A stretch of 63,904 nucleotides of DNA, the filler included, from Octopus bimaculoides (Eukaryota): assembly GCF_001194135.2 (NCBI RefSeq). It is 9 parts of 7 records of this genome, joined end to end, with 100 filler letters (N's around TTAATTAATTAA, not from the genome) between each part and the next. Parts side by side here need not be neighbours in the genome. Positions count along the whole stretch, not along the records: positions 1 to 25,624 come from NC_069001.1; 8 more parts are not named here. One strand, given 5' to 3'. This document shows positions 1 to 11,289 of this stretch, piece after piece. The position numbers and the translations under genes are program-made. Position 1 is the stretch's first letter. Each line of letters opens with the position of its first letter. The notes beneath the pieces were generated by a model. That model ran no database searches, was not told where the DNA came from, and saw only the letters and a list, made by a program, of their open reading frames with translations.

Positions 1-99
1 GTGTATATATATATATATACATATAGAGATATATATAGATATATACATATAGAAATATATATAGATATATAGGTAGATAGATATATAAATCTTAAAATT

Positions 100-1090
100 T
101 ACCCTAAAAATTTGGGGTCATCTTATACCACCATTCTAAAAATCAAACTTTGAATTTTAAGTGATTTTATAAGTAAGCTAGCTTCGACCTTGGTGCAATA
201 ACCACAAACATTTATGAAAAGATTAACAAAATATTTTTTTTAAATATAATATAGGTAATAAAAACATTTTTACTTTATATATTATTGGCATATCTTCATA
301 ATAAATAGCCTATTCAAGAGATAATTCTATATCGTTGAAATCAACTTTTATCTATGCGAGCTCAGCCGAGAAAATATAAGCATCGAGATATGGTTGCACT
401 CACAGTAACCTTTATCTTTAACTAACCTTTGAAAACTTCTAATGGTGATATATAACTGTAGTAATAAAATATTTATATTTTTTATAAAATATCTATTATC
501 ATTTGGTGGTAAATAACACAATTTGGATCACACATAACCTTTCTTTTTCAATAAAATTATTTGGCAGTAGTTGCATTTAAAGCACAAGACATTATAATTT
601 TTTTTATTTCCTATCAAGATAAATAATATTAATAAAACATCAAACCTGCCACATGCATTTATCTAAAAGCCATCAAATTCTTCACAATCATCAGTATCTG
701 TTTCTAAAAGTTCCTCATACATATCACAAGATTCATCACATATACCATCATTGTCAAGATTCTAGTCTGGTTCTGGTGAATCGACTTCATCGTTGCTATT
801 GTACAGAATATCATCTTCAGCACCATCCATGGCATTAGAGATACTGCATTTTTTAAATGATTTTATCACATTTTCTACTTTAACTTTGTCCAATACCTTT
901 GTAACAAAGTTACAAAGAACATCAAGTAAGACAACACGCATAGCTAGCTAGCAAAAGCTAGCCTGTCCACAGATGGTTTTGTAATTTAGCTGTCGACTTA
1001 TACAGCAGATACGAGATAAATTCATGAAATTTTTTACAAATTTTAACCCAGTCTTATCTAAAGGTTGTTTTATCCATGGAAATATACACT
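100..1090 (-). mobile_element. pogo/Tigger-like DNA transposon relic (internally deleted; transposase C-terminus retained)
   Basis: Minus strand 917-762 reads LCNFVTKVLDKVKVENVIKSFKKCSISNAMDGAEDDILY..., matching the pogo C-terminal motif KSFKKCGISNxxDGxEDD. Pogo-type subterminal (g)tc(g/a)(t/a)cttatac motifs lie near 118 and 993. Ends approximate. Confidence 0.65.
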
Positions 1091-1277
1091 ATCTATATTT
1101 TCATCTCTTCCTATATGTGTGTGTATGTACACAGACATGCAGCAAGTAAATAGACACCTTTAATATTCAAAATTTCTGATCTCTGCGTCTTAATATATTT
1201 TCAGCAGTAGAATTTACAATGTAATTATTCTTTTTCGTTCCAGATCCCATTATATTAAACATTTGTGAAGAGTAACC

Positions 1278-1460
1278 ATGCCACGCACAAAAAATTGAGC
1301 AGAACCGTCAGATTTTCAAAGAGGTCGTATTGTTGGGCAATCTGAGGCTGGTCTTAGCCAGCGAAAAATTGCCGAAAATCTTCAAATTCCTGTTGCTATT
1401 GTTAAGAGAATTATAGTGCAATTTAAAAGCCAAGGAAAAGAATCAACAGATTCTCATCCC
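1278..1460 (+). mobile_element. Tc1-family transposase N-terminal HTH fragment (fossil)
   Basis: Reads [53 protein letters not shown], a typical Tc1 paired-like HTH start with an in-frame stop at codon 7. Cut off by the antisense RTE fragment. Confidence 0.7.
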
Positions 1461-1815
1461 AGCTGGAGCAAGGACACAGCCTTGCTTTACCCTGTTTTTT
1501 ATTTGGAAGGCGGCTGATGTCGAACCATTGTGCTGTATGATTCCTTGCATATCATCATGGAAAGATTTGATGATCTTCAGCAGCTTTGGTGGACATCCGA
1601 TTTTTTGGAGCAGGATGAAGAGGCCTTTTCTACTTACCAAGTCAAAGGCCATATATAATGGCATTTTCTGCTCTCTGGACTTCTCCTGAAGTTGGCGTAT
1701 GGAGAATATTATGTCAATAGTTAATCTGCTTCTTCTAAAGCCACACTGCGATTCTGGATAAATTCAAGAAGCAAGCAGTTGTAGCCTGTACAGGATAACG
1801 CAAGCAAAGGTCTTT
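1461..1815 (-). mobile_element. RTE-clade (BovB-like) LINE reverse-transcriptase fragment
   Basis: Minus strand encodes IYPESQCGFR...IDIIFSIRQLQEKSREQKMPLY..AFDLVSRKGL...VKQGCVLAP (RT motifs, with frameshifts). Confidence 0.85.
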
Positions 1816-2951
1816 CCATTACTATTTTCTGAAACAAAGATTATACAGAGCTGGCAAAAAAGGCAGCAATGACCCAAAAAAGGTATGTCCTCAAATACCT
1901 TACACACCTGTATATATATATATATATTACTTTAAGATTAAAGTTGGCTAGGAGATACTCAGCCACCTATCGTATAAGGCAAAGTGCTGGTCGTCAGCTA
2001 TGTTAATGGAGAAGTTCCCCATGGCGAAATAGCCGGTTTTCAGTTTTAACCAATTTATGGTCAAAGGGAAGCAACTCTGCATTGCAGCTGCATCAATAAT
2101 AATAATAATAAATTATTATTAATTATAAATTATAATTAATTATAAATTATTAATAAGCATCTGGCAAAAATAACTGCTTTAAAAAGTTACATTGTGGCCA
2201 TTATCGTTGATGTTGTGTCAGTAAGCCAAGTCTTCTACTAATCATCACAGGTTGACCAATAACAAGGGAAACTGTGTAGAGGGCTATTAAACACCTGTAT
2301 AATACAGTCCAGGGCCAAGTATTCAACAAGCTTGAAACCAAAAGAATCCCAACATTCTGGACTTAGCAATTGTCTGGAGACAGCCCTAGGTATGTACTTA
2401 ATTATGAAATAAAATTTGAAAAGTAAAGAACTTAACAAATTCAGATAAATATATTTCTAAAGTATTGCCATTTTGGTACTAATCCACTTAATATATGCCA
2501 TACTATACAATGTATACGATATAATGATTATAGGATGAAAATTAAACAAAGAAAAATGAAGAATATAGTTTTATTTAACAGATGCAGATACAAATTTATA
2601 CATTTCTAATGCAGAATATGTTTAATCTGTATTCATTCACTCAATATTCCTAAAATAACGCATATATCGTACAGTATCATGTATACAGCATAATATTTAC
2701 GATTCTGAAGCAGAGTGTGTTTAATCTTTATCTGTCCATTTAAGAAAGTTAAGGACAAAACTATTTTTAACACGCTATGCGCAAATTCACCAACTTCAAA
2801 AACAAGGTCTCTTTATTCAATACAAGGGAAAATATACTGCATGATTTTGCACAATAATCCACAGTACTCCCATACTTCTGAAAATCCAGATAAGAGGTCA
2901 GCTACCAAATATGTATGCATGCATGTGTGTATATATATATATATATATATA

Positions 2952-3449
2952 GGTGCAGGAGTAGCTGTGTGGTAAGTAGTTTGCTTACCAACCACATGGT
3001 CCCAAGTTCAGTCCCACTGTGTGGCACCTTGGGCAAGTGTCTTCTACTATAGCCTCGGGCCAAGCAAAGCCTTTTGACTGGATTTGGTTAACGGAAAATG
3101 AAAGAAGCCTATCGGGGTGTGTGTACAAGGTTGACCAAAAGTCACCTGACAGTAAATCTAAACCATTTAATTCTAAGATTTATTTATGTTTAACAAGTGA
3201 ATGAATTTAATAAAAGCATCTAAATATGAAACATCATGAAAATTGTTTAAACTGAAATCCTTCTTGAGCAACACATTTTTCCATGTTGGTGTGTTTATGT
3301 CTCAATAACTTAGCAGTTCAGCAAAAGAGACTGATAGAATAAGTACTAGGCTTACAAAGAATAAGTCCTGCGGCCGATTTGTTTGACACCAGAGGTGATG
3401 CTCCAGCACAGCTGCAGTCAAATGACTGAAACAAGTAAAAGAATAAAAG
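2952..3449 (+). mobile_element. tRNA-derived SINE, family A (central part replaced by about 160 bp of other sequence)
   Basis: Head ggtgcaggagtagctgtgtggtaag...gttcagtcccact and tail cagtcaaatgactgaaacaagtaaaaga match the full copy at 40981-41373. Confidence 0.85.
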
Positions 3450-3469
3450 ACAATGTATAATGGTAGCCT

Positions 3470-3754
3470 CTTGTAGTTCGAGACAGACAGTTCTGAAATT
3501 TCTTGCTGAACAACCTGTGCAAATAGTTTATAGTGATCAGATGTATCCGTCTTACATTAGGTCACTCCCTCCACCAAGTTGATGTTGCCCAAACAGGCAC
3601 ACAGTGTGCCACATGTCGGGTGTCATAATAATTGCAGAACAATGTGTAACGAAATGTTTTGCTCAAGAACACTACGCCCCACCTGGCTCAGGAATTGAAA
3701 TCACAATCTCATGATTGTTAGTACAACCCCCTAACCACTAGACCATGCGCCCTC
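3470..3754 (-). mobile_element. tRNA-derived SINE (diverged, head resembles family C)
   Basis: Minus-strand head ggcgcatggtctagtggttaggg...gatttcaattcc has A-box and B-box-like motifs. 3' boundary uncertain. Confidence 0.55.
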
Positions 3755-4039
3755 GGTATACATATATTCTAACTCTACTCTGGTGATTGTTTTATGTATA
3801 TTGATTCTTTCCTAATATTTCTAATATAAATGAATGACTCATTCATGAACAAGCAATCTTTCGCATCTCTTCCAGTTTGGCTTTGATCCCACTGGTTGGG
3901 TGTAGGCGTTGCGTCTATTTGTTTATTTGTCGTCGGTTTGTTTCTGTATGTTGGAACATCACAGCTCTGATATTTTTTATATCATATCAATTTTATGACA
4001 TATTTATTTGTTTAACAGTCTAATCACATCTCTTTTATT

Positions 4040-4318
4040 TATACATGCTTCAGTCGTTATACGGTGGCCATGCTGGGACACAGCTTTGCAAGGTTTTATT
4101 CAAACATATCGACTCCAGCAATAATTTATTTTTCAAAGATCAAGTGTTTACTTTATTGATTTCTTTTGTCAGATCGCTAATGTCACAGGGATGTAAATAA
4201 ACCAACATCAGTTGCCAAGCGATGGGAGGTGGGAGGCAAACACAAAGACACACATACATACATATACATATATATGAAAAAATTCTTTTAGTTTCTGTCT
4301 CCCAAATGCACTCATGAT
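4040..4318 (-). mobile_element. SINE family A, diverged 3' part
   Basis: Reverse-complement similarity to the 3' two-thirds of 40981-41373. Confidence 0.7.
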
Positions 4319-4328
4319 ATAAATTATT

Positions 4329-4745
4329 TTATTCTTTTATTCTTTTATTCTTTTATTCTTTTATTCTTTTATTCTTTTACTTGTTTCAGTCATTTGACTG
4401 TGGCCAGCATCACTTTGGAGGGTTTTTTTTTTAGTTGACAAAATCAACCCCAGGGCTTAATTTTTTAAAGCCTAGTACTGATTCTATTGGTCTCTTTTGC
4501 TGAACTGCTATATTACAGGGATGCAAACACACCAACACTGGTTGTCAAGCAGTGATGGGGGTGGGAGTGACAGACATAAAGACACACACACATCGATGTA
4601 TACATATATATATGAAGGGCTTCTTTCAGTTTCTGTCTACTAAATCCACTCACAAGGCTTTGGTTGGCCCAGTGTAGAAGACACTTGTCTAAGGTGCCAC
4701 GTAGTGAGACTGAACCCAGAACCATGTGGTTGAGAAGCAACACAT
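4329..4745 (-). mobile_element. SINE family A with expanded 8-mer tail
   Basis: Reverse complement of family A. The tail is about 6 tandem copies of ttctttta at 4329-4380. Confidence 0.85.
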
Positions 4746-4884
4746 GTGCCTATATATATATATACACAAACACACAATCATGCCTGTACATATATATATA
4801 TATATATATATACTGGGTAATGCCAGGTGTATCAGCAAAATTGTCCAAATTTTAGATTTAGTTTCATAGCTTTATATCTCAGGA

Positions 4885-5400
4885 TTGCTAGTTCATGTTC
4901 ATAACCTGCGTGACCTGGTCCACAGTTTCTTCCCTATTCCTGTCTCCTAGCCTGGCTCTTTCCCCTGCTCTCTCTATCCTTTCCTGTACATTGGTCAAAC
5001 GAGACGCCACTTGGTTGACTGGTTCGCAAAGCACCTCCGAGACATTAAACTCAGCAATGACACTCCAGTCTTGCTCTACCGGTCATTCACTACATCTGTC
5101 TGTGTTCGGACTGTCTCTGCACTAGGGTCACCCAGACTTCTGCCTTCGCTGTGAACAGGAATTAATCTTGACTCTTTGTTCCTTTGTGCCATATGGGCTC
5201 AACTCACTACCTCTCTACATGACACCGACCCCACACAGATTCCCACATGCCTCCTACACCTACACACCTGCATACCGCCTATACACCAGGATACCGCCTA
5301 CCTCGGTACCCTCACTACACACACACCACTATACAAACACCCATACACACTGTTCAACTCATTACTCACTTCACACATGTCCTCTGTTGACTCAAATCTT
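4885..5400 (+). mobile_element. Penelope-like element, GIY-YIG endonuclease end plus 3' region (decayed)
   Basis: From 4984 reads LYIGQTRRHLVDWFAKHLRDIKLSNDTPV; after a frameshift, HLSVFGLSLH*GHPDFCLRCEQELILTLCSFVPYGLNS. This is the YIG motif and C-terminal ExxLIxxLxxxxPxGLN signature of PLE endonucleases. Confidence 0.75.
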
Positions 5401-5404
5401 TTGC

Positions 5405-6067
5405 CTTTGAGTGTTTTTTTTTTTGAGCTTTGGGAATAGCCAAAAGTCACACAGAGCCATGTCTGGGGAGAAGGGAGCCTGATGAACAGCTGGTGTGTTT
5501 TGCTTGATGAGGAATACTTAGATGACGTGGGCAGAATGAGCAGGTATGTTGTCATGGTGGAGTTGCCAGTTCTTTGTTGCCCACAGGTCGGGTCATTTTT
5601 GTCGCACAGCTTTACAAAGGTGACGAAGAACCCCCAGGTGGTATTCTTTGTTAATTGTCTGATTTTGTGGTGCATTTTCATGGCTCACTGTCCACTGAGA
5701 TGTGGCCATCTTTGAACCGGTTGTACCACTGCCACTCCTTTATTTGTATTTTTTTCCATAGCATCATCTCCAAAGGCCTTCTGAATCTTCTGGGCTTGCG
5801 TATCGCCAAGTTTTTAGCAGAATCTGATACAGTATCTTTGCTCAATGCACTCGGTCACCTTGACTCAAAAAGCAAAATCACACAGCACACTCTTCCCATC
5901 TGTACTCAATGCATTACTGCGAGCGAATGGCACAACCTACAGACATGAAAATTTTTGCACATGCTCAGGAAGGATGCAGCCACCTAATACCCAGGCAGAT
6001 TTTGCTCACACATTATTATTTTGTGCGAAAAGAATCAAGGTCAGATACTTTATGATGACGCCTCGTA
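5405..6067 (-). mobile_element. mariner-family transposon, internally deleted fossil
   Basis: Minus strand encodes EQRYCIRFC*KLGDTQAQKIQKAFGDDAM, WYNRFKDGHISVD and SPDMALCDFWLFP (YSPDLAP-type motif). Mariner-like TIR end ...cagatactttatgatgacgcctcg followed by TA at 6066-6067. Confidence 0.8.
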
Positions 6068-6099
6068 TATGTATGCATGTATGTCCTTGTTCAGTTTTA

Positions 6100-6210
6100 T
6101 TTCAAGATTTCTTGCCAATAGAGAAAGAGCCGGTTTCTAACCTAGATTCAATGCTCCTTCATTGGAATTTTAATATCAGCAACAGGGTATTTTTGTTTGT
6201 ATGTATGTAC
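6100..6210 (+). repeat. short dispersed repeat (about 110 bp), second copy inverted at about 27600-27705
   Basis: caagatttcttgccaatagagaaagagccggtttctaacctagat...attggaattttaatatcagcaacag matches the reverse complement of 27600-27705. Both copies are flanked by (TATG)n. Confidence 0.7.
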
Positions 6211-6539
6211 AGAGAGAAAGCGAGAGAAGTGAGACATACGTGCAAAAGTGTGCCACCCACATCTTCTGATTTTATTACTTAAAAACTTTCAAACAAATGA
6301 GTATATTTTAATGAAATTTTCTATAATTGGAGTAGACTAAAACTATATCAGAAATACATGAGGGAAAAAATAAATAAAAGGTAACCAAACAGAAAACATC
6401 CATATTTTCTTTTATCCAAAACCAGGAACTCTCCAGCACCCGTATACACTATGCACCATACATACACATATACTCGAGCGCATGTGTAAATGCACAAGTG
6501 CATATTCCTCATTAGTCACAAAAGCCGCAAGCTTTCACT

Positions 6540-6742
6540 GACTTTTCGGACTGCGCATGTGCAACAGGAATCGATTCACGCCTCCGCCTTCAACTGGAAA
6601 TGGAATTACTTTTCAAAACAATCAGTTTCATTTCGAAAGAGATCATAATTTACTGACGGAAAAGCACCTATATTTATCCAGTGGTAACCATATATATGAC
6701 TACCATCTCTGACTCCTTAATAATCACTGTAATTCATACGAG
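6540..6742 (+). promoter_or_regulatory. putative promoter and non-coding exon 1 of ZNF-A (donor acgag|gtattt at 6742/6743)
   Basis: Blocks tgcgcatgtgcaac, atcataatttactgacgga and atacgag|gtattttt are conserved in inverted form at 18961-19165 upstream of ZNF-B. tgcgcatgtgca (6552-6563) resembles the NRF1/Ewg palindrome. TSS not locatable from sequence. Confidence 0.55.
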
Positions 6743-7929
6743 GTATTTTTCTTAGTGTTTTTTTTTTCATTCGATCCGTTTTTGTTTTGTTTTCTTTTCA
6801 GTTTCATTAATATAACTTTCGGTGAATATGACGAATTAAGGTGTAATTTCGAAGATCTGAGAAATGTGTAGAAACATGATGTTTTTACTTGACATAGTGA
6901 AATGAAATCGAAACATTGTTTACTACAGTCGTGATATTGAAGTGATGACAAACAAAGGAACTCCATAATTTTAATGATTCTCATACAATTAATGCTTTTT
7001 TTTTTTTTCTAATGTCGGTATTTAATCAATTGCTTCTGTGTTACCCGAATGGGGGTTTTTCCCCCTTTCCTTGATCCTTGTTTTGTTAACTCTTAAACGT
7101 TGTGTTCCTGATTTTGTTTCGAAATGGAAACGAAATATTATTTACTTACGGAGAGAAAATATTTTCATTTCAAAAGCACATGTATTACGAGAATAGAAAA
7201 ATACAGTACAGTACCTTACATGTGTTTAATTATAAACAACGTTAAAGAAAAGAAATGAAGATGGAATAACGTGTAATATTTAGGAGAAATGATAGATCTT
7301 GTATGTCTGCAACGACGTTCTTCTCTGTCTGAATTGACCTGGGGTTAAACAGTATTCAACCGACAGACAATGGAATACCTTCCTGGACAGAAAGCCCCAA
7401 TGTACACAATTCTATAGTTTAACAAATAATCTGATTGTGTTACTGTTATCTCTGAAGTATAGAGCTCGCATGAGATTGTCTGATTTAATTTTAAATACAA
7501 ATTTAAAGTTCAAATGTTGATGCAAATGTTTATATTTAAAGTTTTATCAATACAGAATTATAGTAAATTTTCCATCGTTGAAATCAACTTATGAGTATCT
7601 CCTATATCTTATACTGTTTCTCTTATTTCAGAAATATCAGATGACATTGGCATAAAGATATATCATGTTTTACAAAGTTTAGGAAATTGTTACACAAAAT
7701 GGATATAATTTGTGATAGAATTGGTGTGACTTGAGACCATTAGCAAAATTTCTTTGCTTCACTGCCTGGAATATCCTCAAGAGTTGGTTGCATTCCATTT
7801 AAACTTGGACATATTTACAAAAGAGGCTGCAGTATCTTTAAACATCAACAAAGATCACGTTTTATGGAAATGTAGAAATACTTCAAACGCCACAAGACCA
7901 AGAGACGAAGTTGACAGAGAAGAAGAATA

Positions 7930-9381
7930 ATGGAAAATGAATTCTGTGAGAAACCAATTGAAATCAAAACAGAATCAGACAGCGCTGGTTTTCCAGATGA
8001 GATGCAGAATGAGACAGAAGAAATGTCATATTCCTGTGATGTCTATAAAAAGTCGATCTCTCAAAAACATCACCTAACTCATCACAAACGTATTCATACA
8101 GGAGAAAAACCATACCACTGTGATGTCTGTGGTAAATCGTTTCCGAGAAGAGATTATTTAAAGGTACACAAAAATATACACACTGGAGAGAAACCATACC
8201 ACTGTGATATCTGTGGAAAATCATTTTCCAACAGTGGTGACTTAAATACTCACAAACGTATTCATACAGGAGAGAAGCCATATCACTGTGATGTCTGTGG
8301 TAAATCATTCTCTCAAAATGGTAACTTTAATGCTCACAAGCGCATTCATACAGGAGAGAAACCATATCACTGTAACGTCTGTGGTAAATCGTTTTGTAAA
8401 GGTAGTAACTTAAATAATCACAAGCGTATTCATTCAGGAGAGAAACCATATCGGTGTGATATCTGTGGTAAGTCATTCTCTATGAGTTGTACTTTAAATA
8501 AACACAAACGTATTCATACAGGAGAAAAACCATACCACTGTGATATTTGTGGTAAATCATTCTCTAGAAGTGGTAACTTCAATTCTCACAAACGTATTCA
8601 TTCAGGAGAGAGACCATATTATTGTGATAGCTGTGGTAAATCTTTCTCTCGAATTGGTAACTTAAATGCTCACAAACGTATTCATACAGGTGACAGAGCA
8701 TATGAATGTAGTATCTGTGGTAAATCATTCACTGAAAGTGGTAATTTAAATGCCCACGTACGTACCCATACAGGAGAGAAACCATTCCATTGTGATATCT
8801 GTGGTAAATCATTCTCTGAAAGTGGTAGTGTAAACACCCACAAACGTACACATACAGGAGAGAAACCACATCACTGCGATATCTGTGGTAAATCATTCTC
8901 TGAAAGTGGTAACTTAAATACCCACAAACGTACTCATACAGGAGAGAAACCATATCACTGTGATGTTTGTGGTAAATCATTCTCTCAAATTACTAGCGTT
9001 AATACTCACAAATGTATTTGTACGCGAGATAAACCATACCACTGTGATATCTGTGATAAATCCTTTTTTACGAGTGGTAACTTGAATTCTCACAAACATA
9101 CACATACAGAAGAGAAACGATATCACTGTGATATCTGTGGTAAATCTTACTCTCACAGTAGTAAAGTAAATATACACAAGCGTACTCATACAGGAGAGAA
9201 ACCTTACAAGTGTGATATCTGTGGTAAATCATTTGCTCAAAGTGGTAACTTTAATGCTCACAAACGTATTCATACAGGAGAAAAACCATATCACTGTGAT
9301 AGCTGTGGTAAACCATTCTCTAAAAAGAGTTACCTAACTACACACCAGCATATTTGTACAAGAAAGACATCATTTCACTGA
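7930..9381 (+). CDS. C2H2 zinc-finger protein ZNF-A (483 aa; 13 C2H2 + 2 C2HC fingers, 1 degenerate N-terminal finger, no KRAB/BTB/SCAN)
   Basis: Uninterrupted ORF of 28-aa repeats YxCxxCGKSFxxxxxLxxHxRxH-TGEKP. Acceptor ttatttcag at 7631 is conserved in the paralogs, so the CDS lies in one exon. Confidence 0.95.
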   Translation: MENEFCEKPIEIKTESDSAGFPDEMQNETEEMSYSCDVYKKSISQKHHLTHHKRIHTGEKPYHCDVCGKSFPRRDYLKVHKNIHTGEKPYHCDICGKSFSNSGDLNTHKRIHTGEKPYHCDVCGKSFSQNGNFNAHKRIHTGEKPYHCNVCGKSFCKGSNLNNHKRIHSGEKPYRCDICGKSFSMSCTLNKHKRIHTGEKPYHCDICGKSFSRSGNFNSHKRIHSGERPYYCDSCGKSFSRIGNLNAHKRIHTGDRAYECSICGKSFTESGNLNAHVRTHTGEKPFHCDICGKSFSESGSVNTHKRTHTGEKPHHCDICGKSFSESGNLNTHKRTHTGEKPYHCDVCGKSFSQITSVNTHKCICTRDKPYHCDICDKSFFTSGNLNSHKHTHTEEKRYHCDICGKSYSHSSKVNIHKRTHTGEKPYKCDICGKSFAQSGNFNAHKRIHTGEKPYHCDSCGKPFSKKSYLTTHQHICTRKTSFH

Positions 9382-10130
9382 GATATCTGTGGTAAAGTAT
9401 TTTTTAAAAGTGGTACCTTGAATACTCATGAATACTTTCTCACAGGACATAAGTAATACTATTGGGATATCTGTGGTATGCCATTTCCTACAAAGGATAA
9501 CTCAGATTCTCACAAATGTATTCATTCAGGACAGAAAGTGTATGAGTGTGGCATCTATAATAAACCATTTTCTAAAAGGGTTACCTTAAATACTTGTGAA
9601 CATATTCATACAGGAAAGAAACCATACGACTGTGATTTGTGGTAAATCATTTTTCAGTTCCAAGTAAGCTAGGGGCACACATATTCATACAGGAGAAAAG
9701 CCATATGGGTCTATAGCTGTGGCAAATCATTCAACATGTTCACTTCAAGAAGCAATTACAGATTCATATAAGAGAAAAACCATATCATTGCAATATCCAT
9801 GGTAAATCTTGCTCTCAAAGTAGTGAATTAATTAAATATGAATATGTTGATATAGAAGGAAAACCATTTCACAGTGATATCTGTGACAAATCCTATTCTG
9901 AAAGAAGTCATTTAATACTCATAAATGATTTGATACAGGAGAGACACTATTTCACTGTAATATCTGTGGCAAATTGTTTTCTAGAGGTGGTACCTAAACT
10001 AAGCATAAACATATTTATACAGGTGAGAAGCCATTTCAATGTGAAATTTTTGGGAGCTCATTCTCTCATTTAAGTGCTTTTAACAATCACAGATATGCTT
10101 GTGGAGCAGAGAGACTGTTTCTCTTCAATA
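9373..10130 (+). pseudogene. about 9 fossil zinc-finger repeats downstream of the ZNF-A stop
   Basis: The stop TGA (9379-9381) replaces the first Cys codon of the next finger (FH*DICGK). The 84-bp repeat continues with stops and frameshifts at about 9457, 9541, 9625, 9704, 9783, 9867, 9952 and 10034. Confidence 0.9.
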
Positions 10131-10625
10131 TCATCATTACATCATCTTGTCAACAATATTTTATTGTGTTGATTTGAATATAATTCATACTCTCATTTGT
10201 TTATCACATTAACAATAGATTCTGAAATGAAGGAACTGTTGGTGGTGTGTTTGTGAGGGAGAGAAAGAAAGATGGTTGGTAGCAGGAAGTAAGATATACA
10301 AAGCTAGTCAAAAGAATAAACTACTACTTGATTTTGATCTGCTGGTATATTTCTGTGCATTTGACAAGGACATACTTCTGTATACTTCTAAAACTGTACC
10401 TATATTGTTTATTATAACATTTATTTCTTTTTAAGTTTATATAATTTTCTGTTATGCTCAGTCACTTTTTAATCCCTAAGTGTACTGTTATTTTAGAAAG
10501 CAGTTACCCAATCAATGTTAAATGTTCATTTGATGAGTTGGTAATCAAAAATTCTTAGAAACGATTGCTTTATTGTGGATACTCATGACTGTCTAACAAA
10601 CAGTTACGTGTAACTCTGAATAACA

Positions 10626-10959
10626 GTACTAGGACAAAATCCCCCAGCAGTCAATTTCCCCTGGGATATTAGTGGTATTTCATCTGTCTTTAAGTTCTGA
10701 GTTCAAATTCCACCGAGGTTGACTTTGCCTTTCATTCTTTCGGAGTTGATAAATTAAGTACCAGTTGCATACTGGAGTTGATTTAATCGACTGGCCCCCT
10801 CCCCCAAAATTTTGGGCTTTGTGTCTCGAGTAGAAAAGATTATTCTTTCTTTACAATAAAAATATTTTAGGAAAGTGAAATTTTATTTTAAAAAATTTTA
10901 AATATTTATTACTTGATATTTTTGTTTAAAATTTGTCCGGTGGGATTTTGTCCTGATAC
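10626..10959. mobile_element. MITE-like element with 13-bp terminal inverted repeats, containing a SINE-B insertion (about 10680-10845, +)
   Basis: aggacaaaatccc (10631-10643) and gggattttgtcct (10942-10954) are perfect inverted copies. The interior matches SINE family B (gagttcaaattccaccgaggttgactttgcc). Confidence 0.55.
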
Positions 10960-11289
10960 CCCAAATAACAGCTTGTGAAATTTTTCTGCTTCAATAAAAC
11001 AGTATTACACTCTACCTTTGGTATTCAAATAGTTTTTTCTCCACCATGTTTTGCATTTATGTGCCCACATCAGGAAATGTTTGTTTCCAATTTGTTTAAT
11101 TTTCACCAGCAAACTGACCAAGAGTATATATTTACATACATCGTTAAAGTGGCTATATACTTCAGGCCAGCATCAGTGTTGAGTTGTGTGTACTTACCTG
11201 TGCAATAATTGGTGCTAAACCAATTGTAACTTACTGTGGAAAATGAATGTGAGAAGGAGAGTCTTTCAAATATTGAACCGACTGAGGAA

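Noticed and set aside
7964-9189. Antisense ORFs over the ZNF genes (MIYHRHHS...; also 16128-16376)
   Set aside because: Shadow frames of the periodic finger code.
9379-9456. UGA at a Cys position: selenocysteine, read-through or editing rescue of ZNF-A
   Set aside because: The following finger has lost its last His, an in-frame TAA follows 24 codons later (9454-9456), no SECIS was recognised, and A-to-I editing would give Trp, not Cys.
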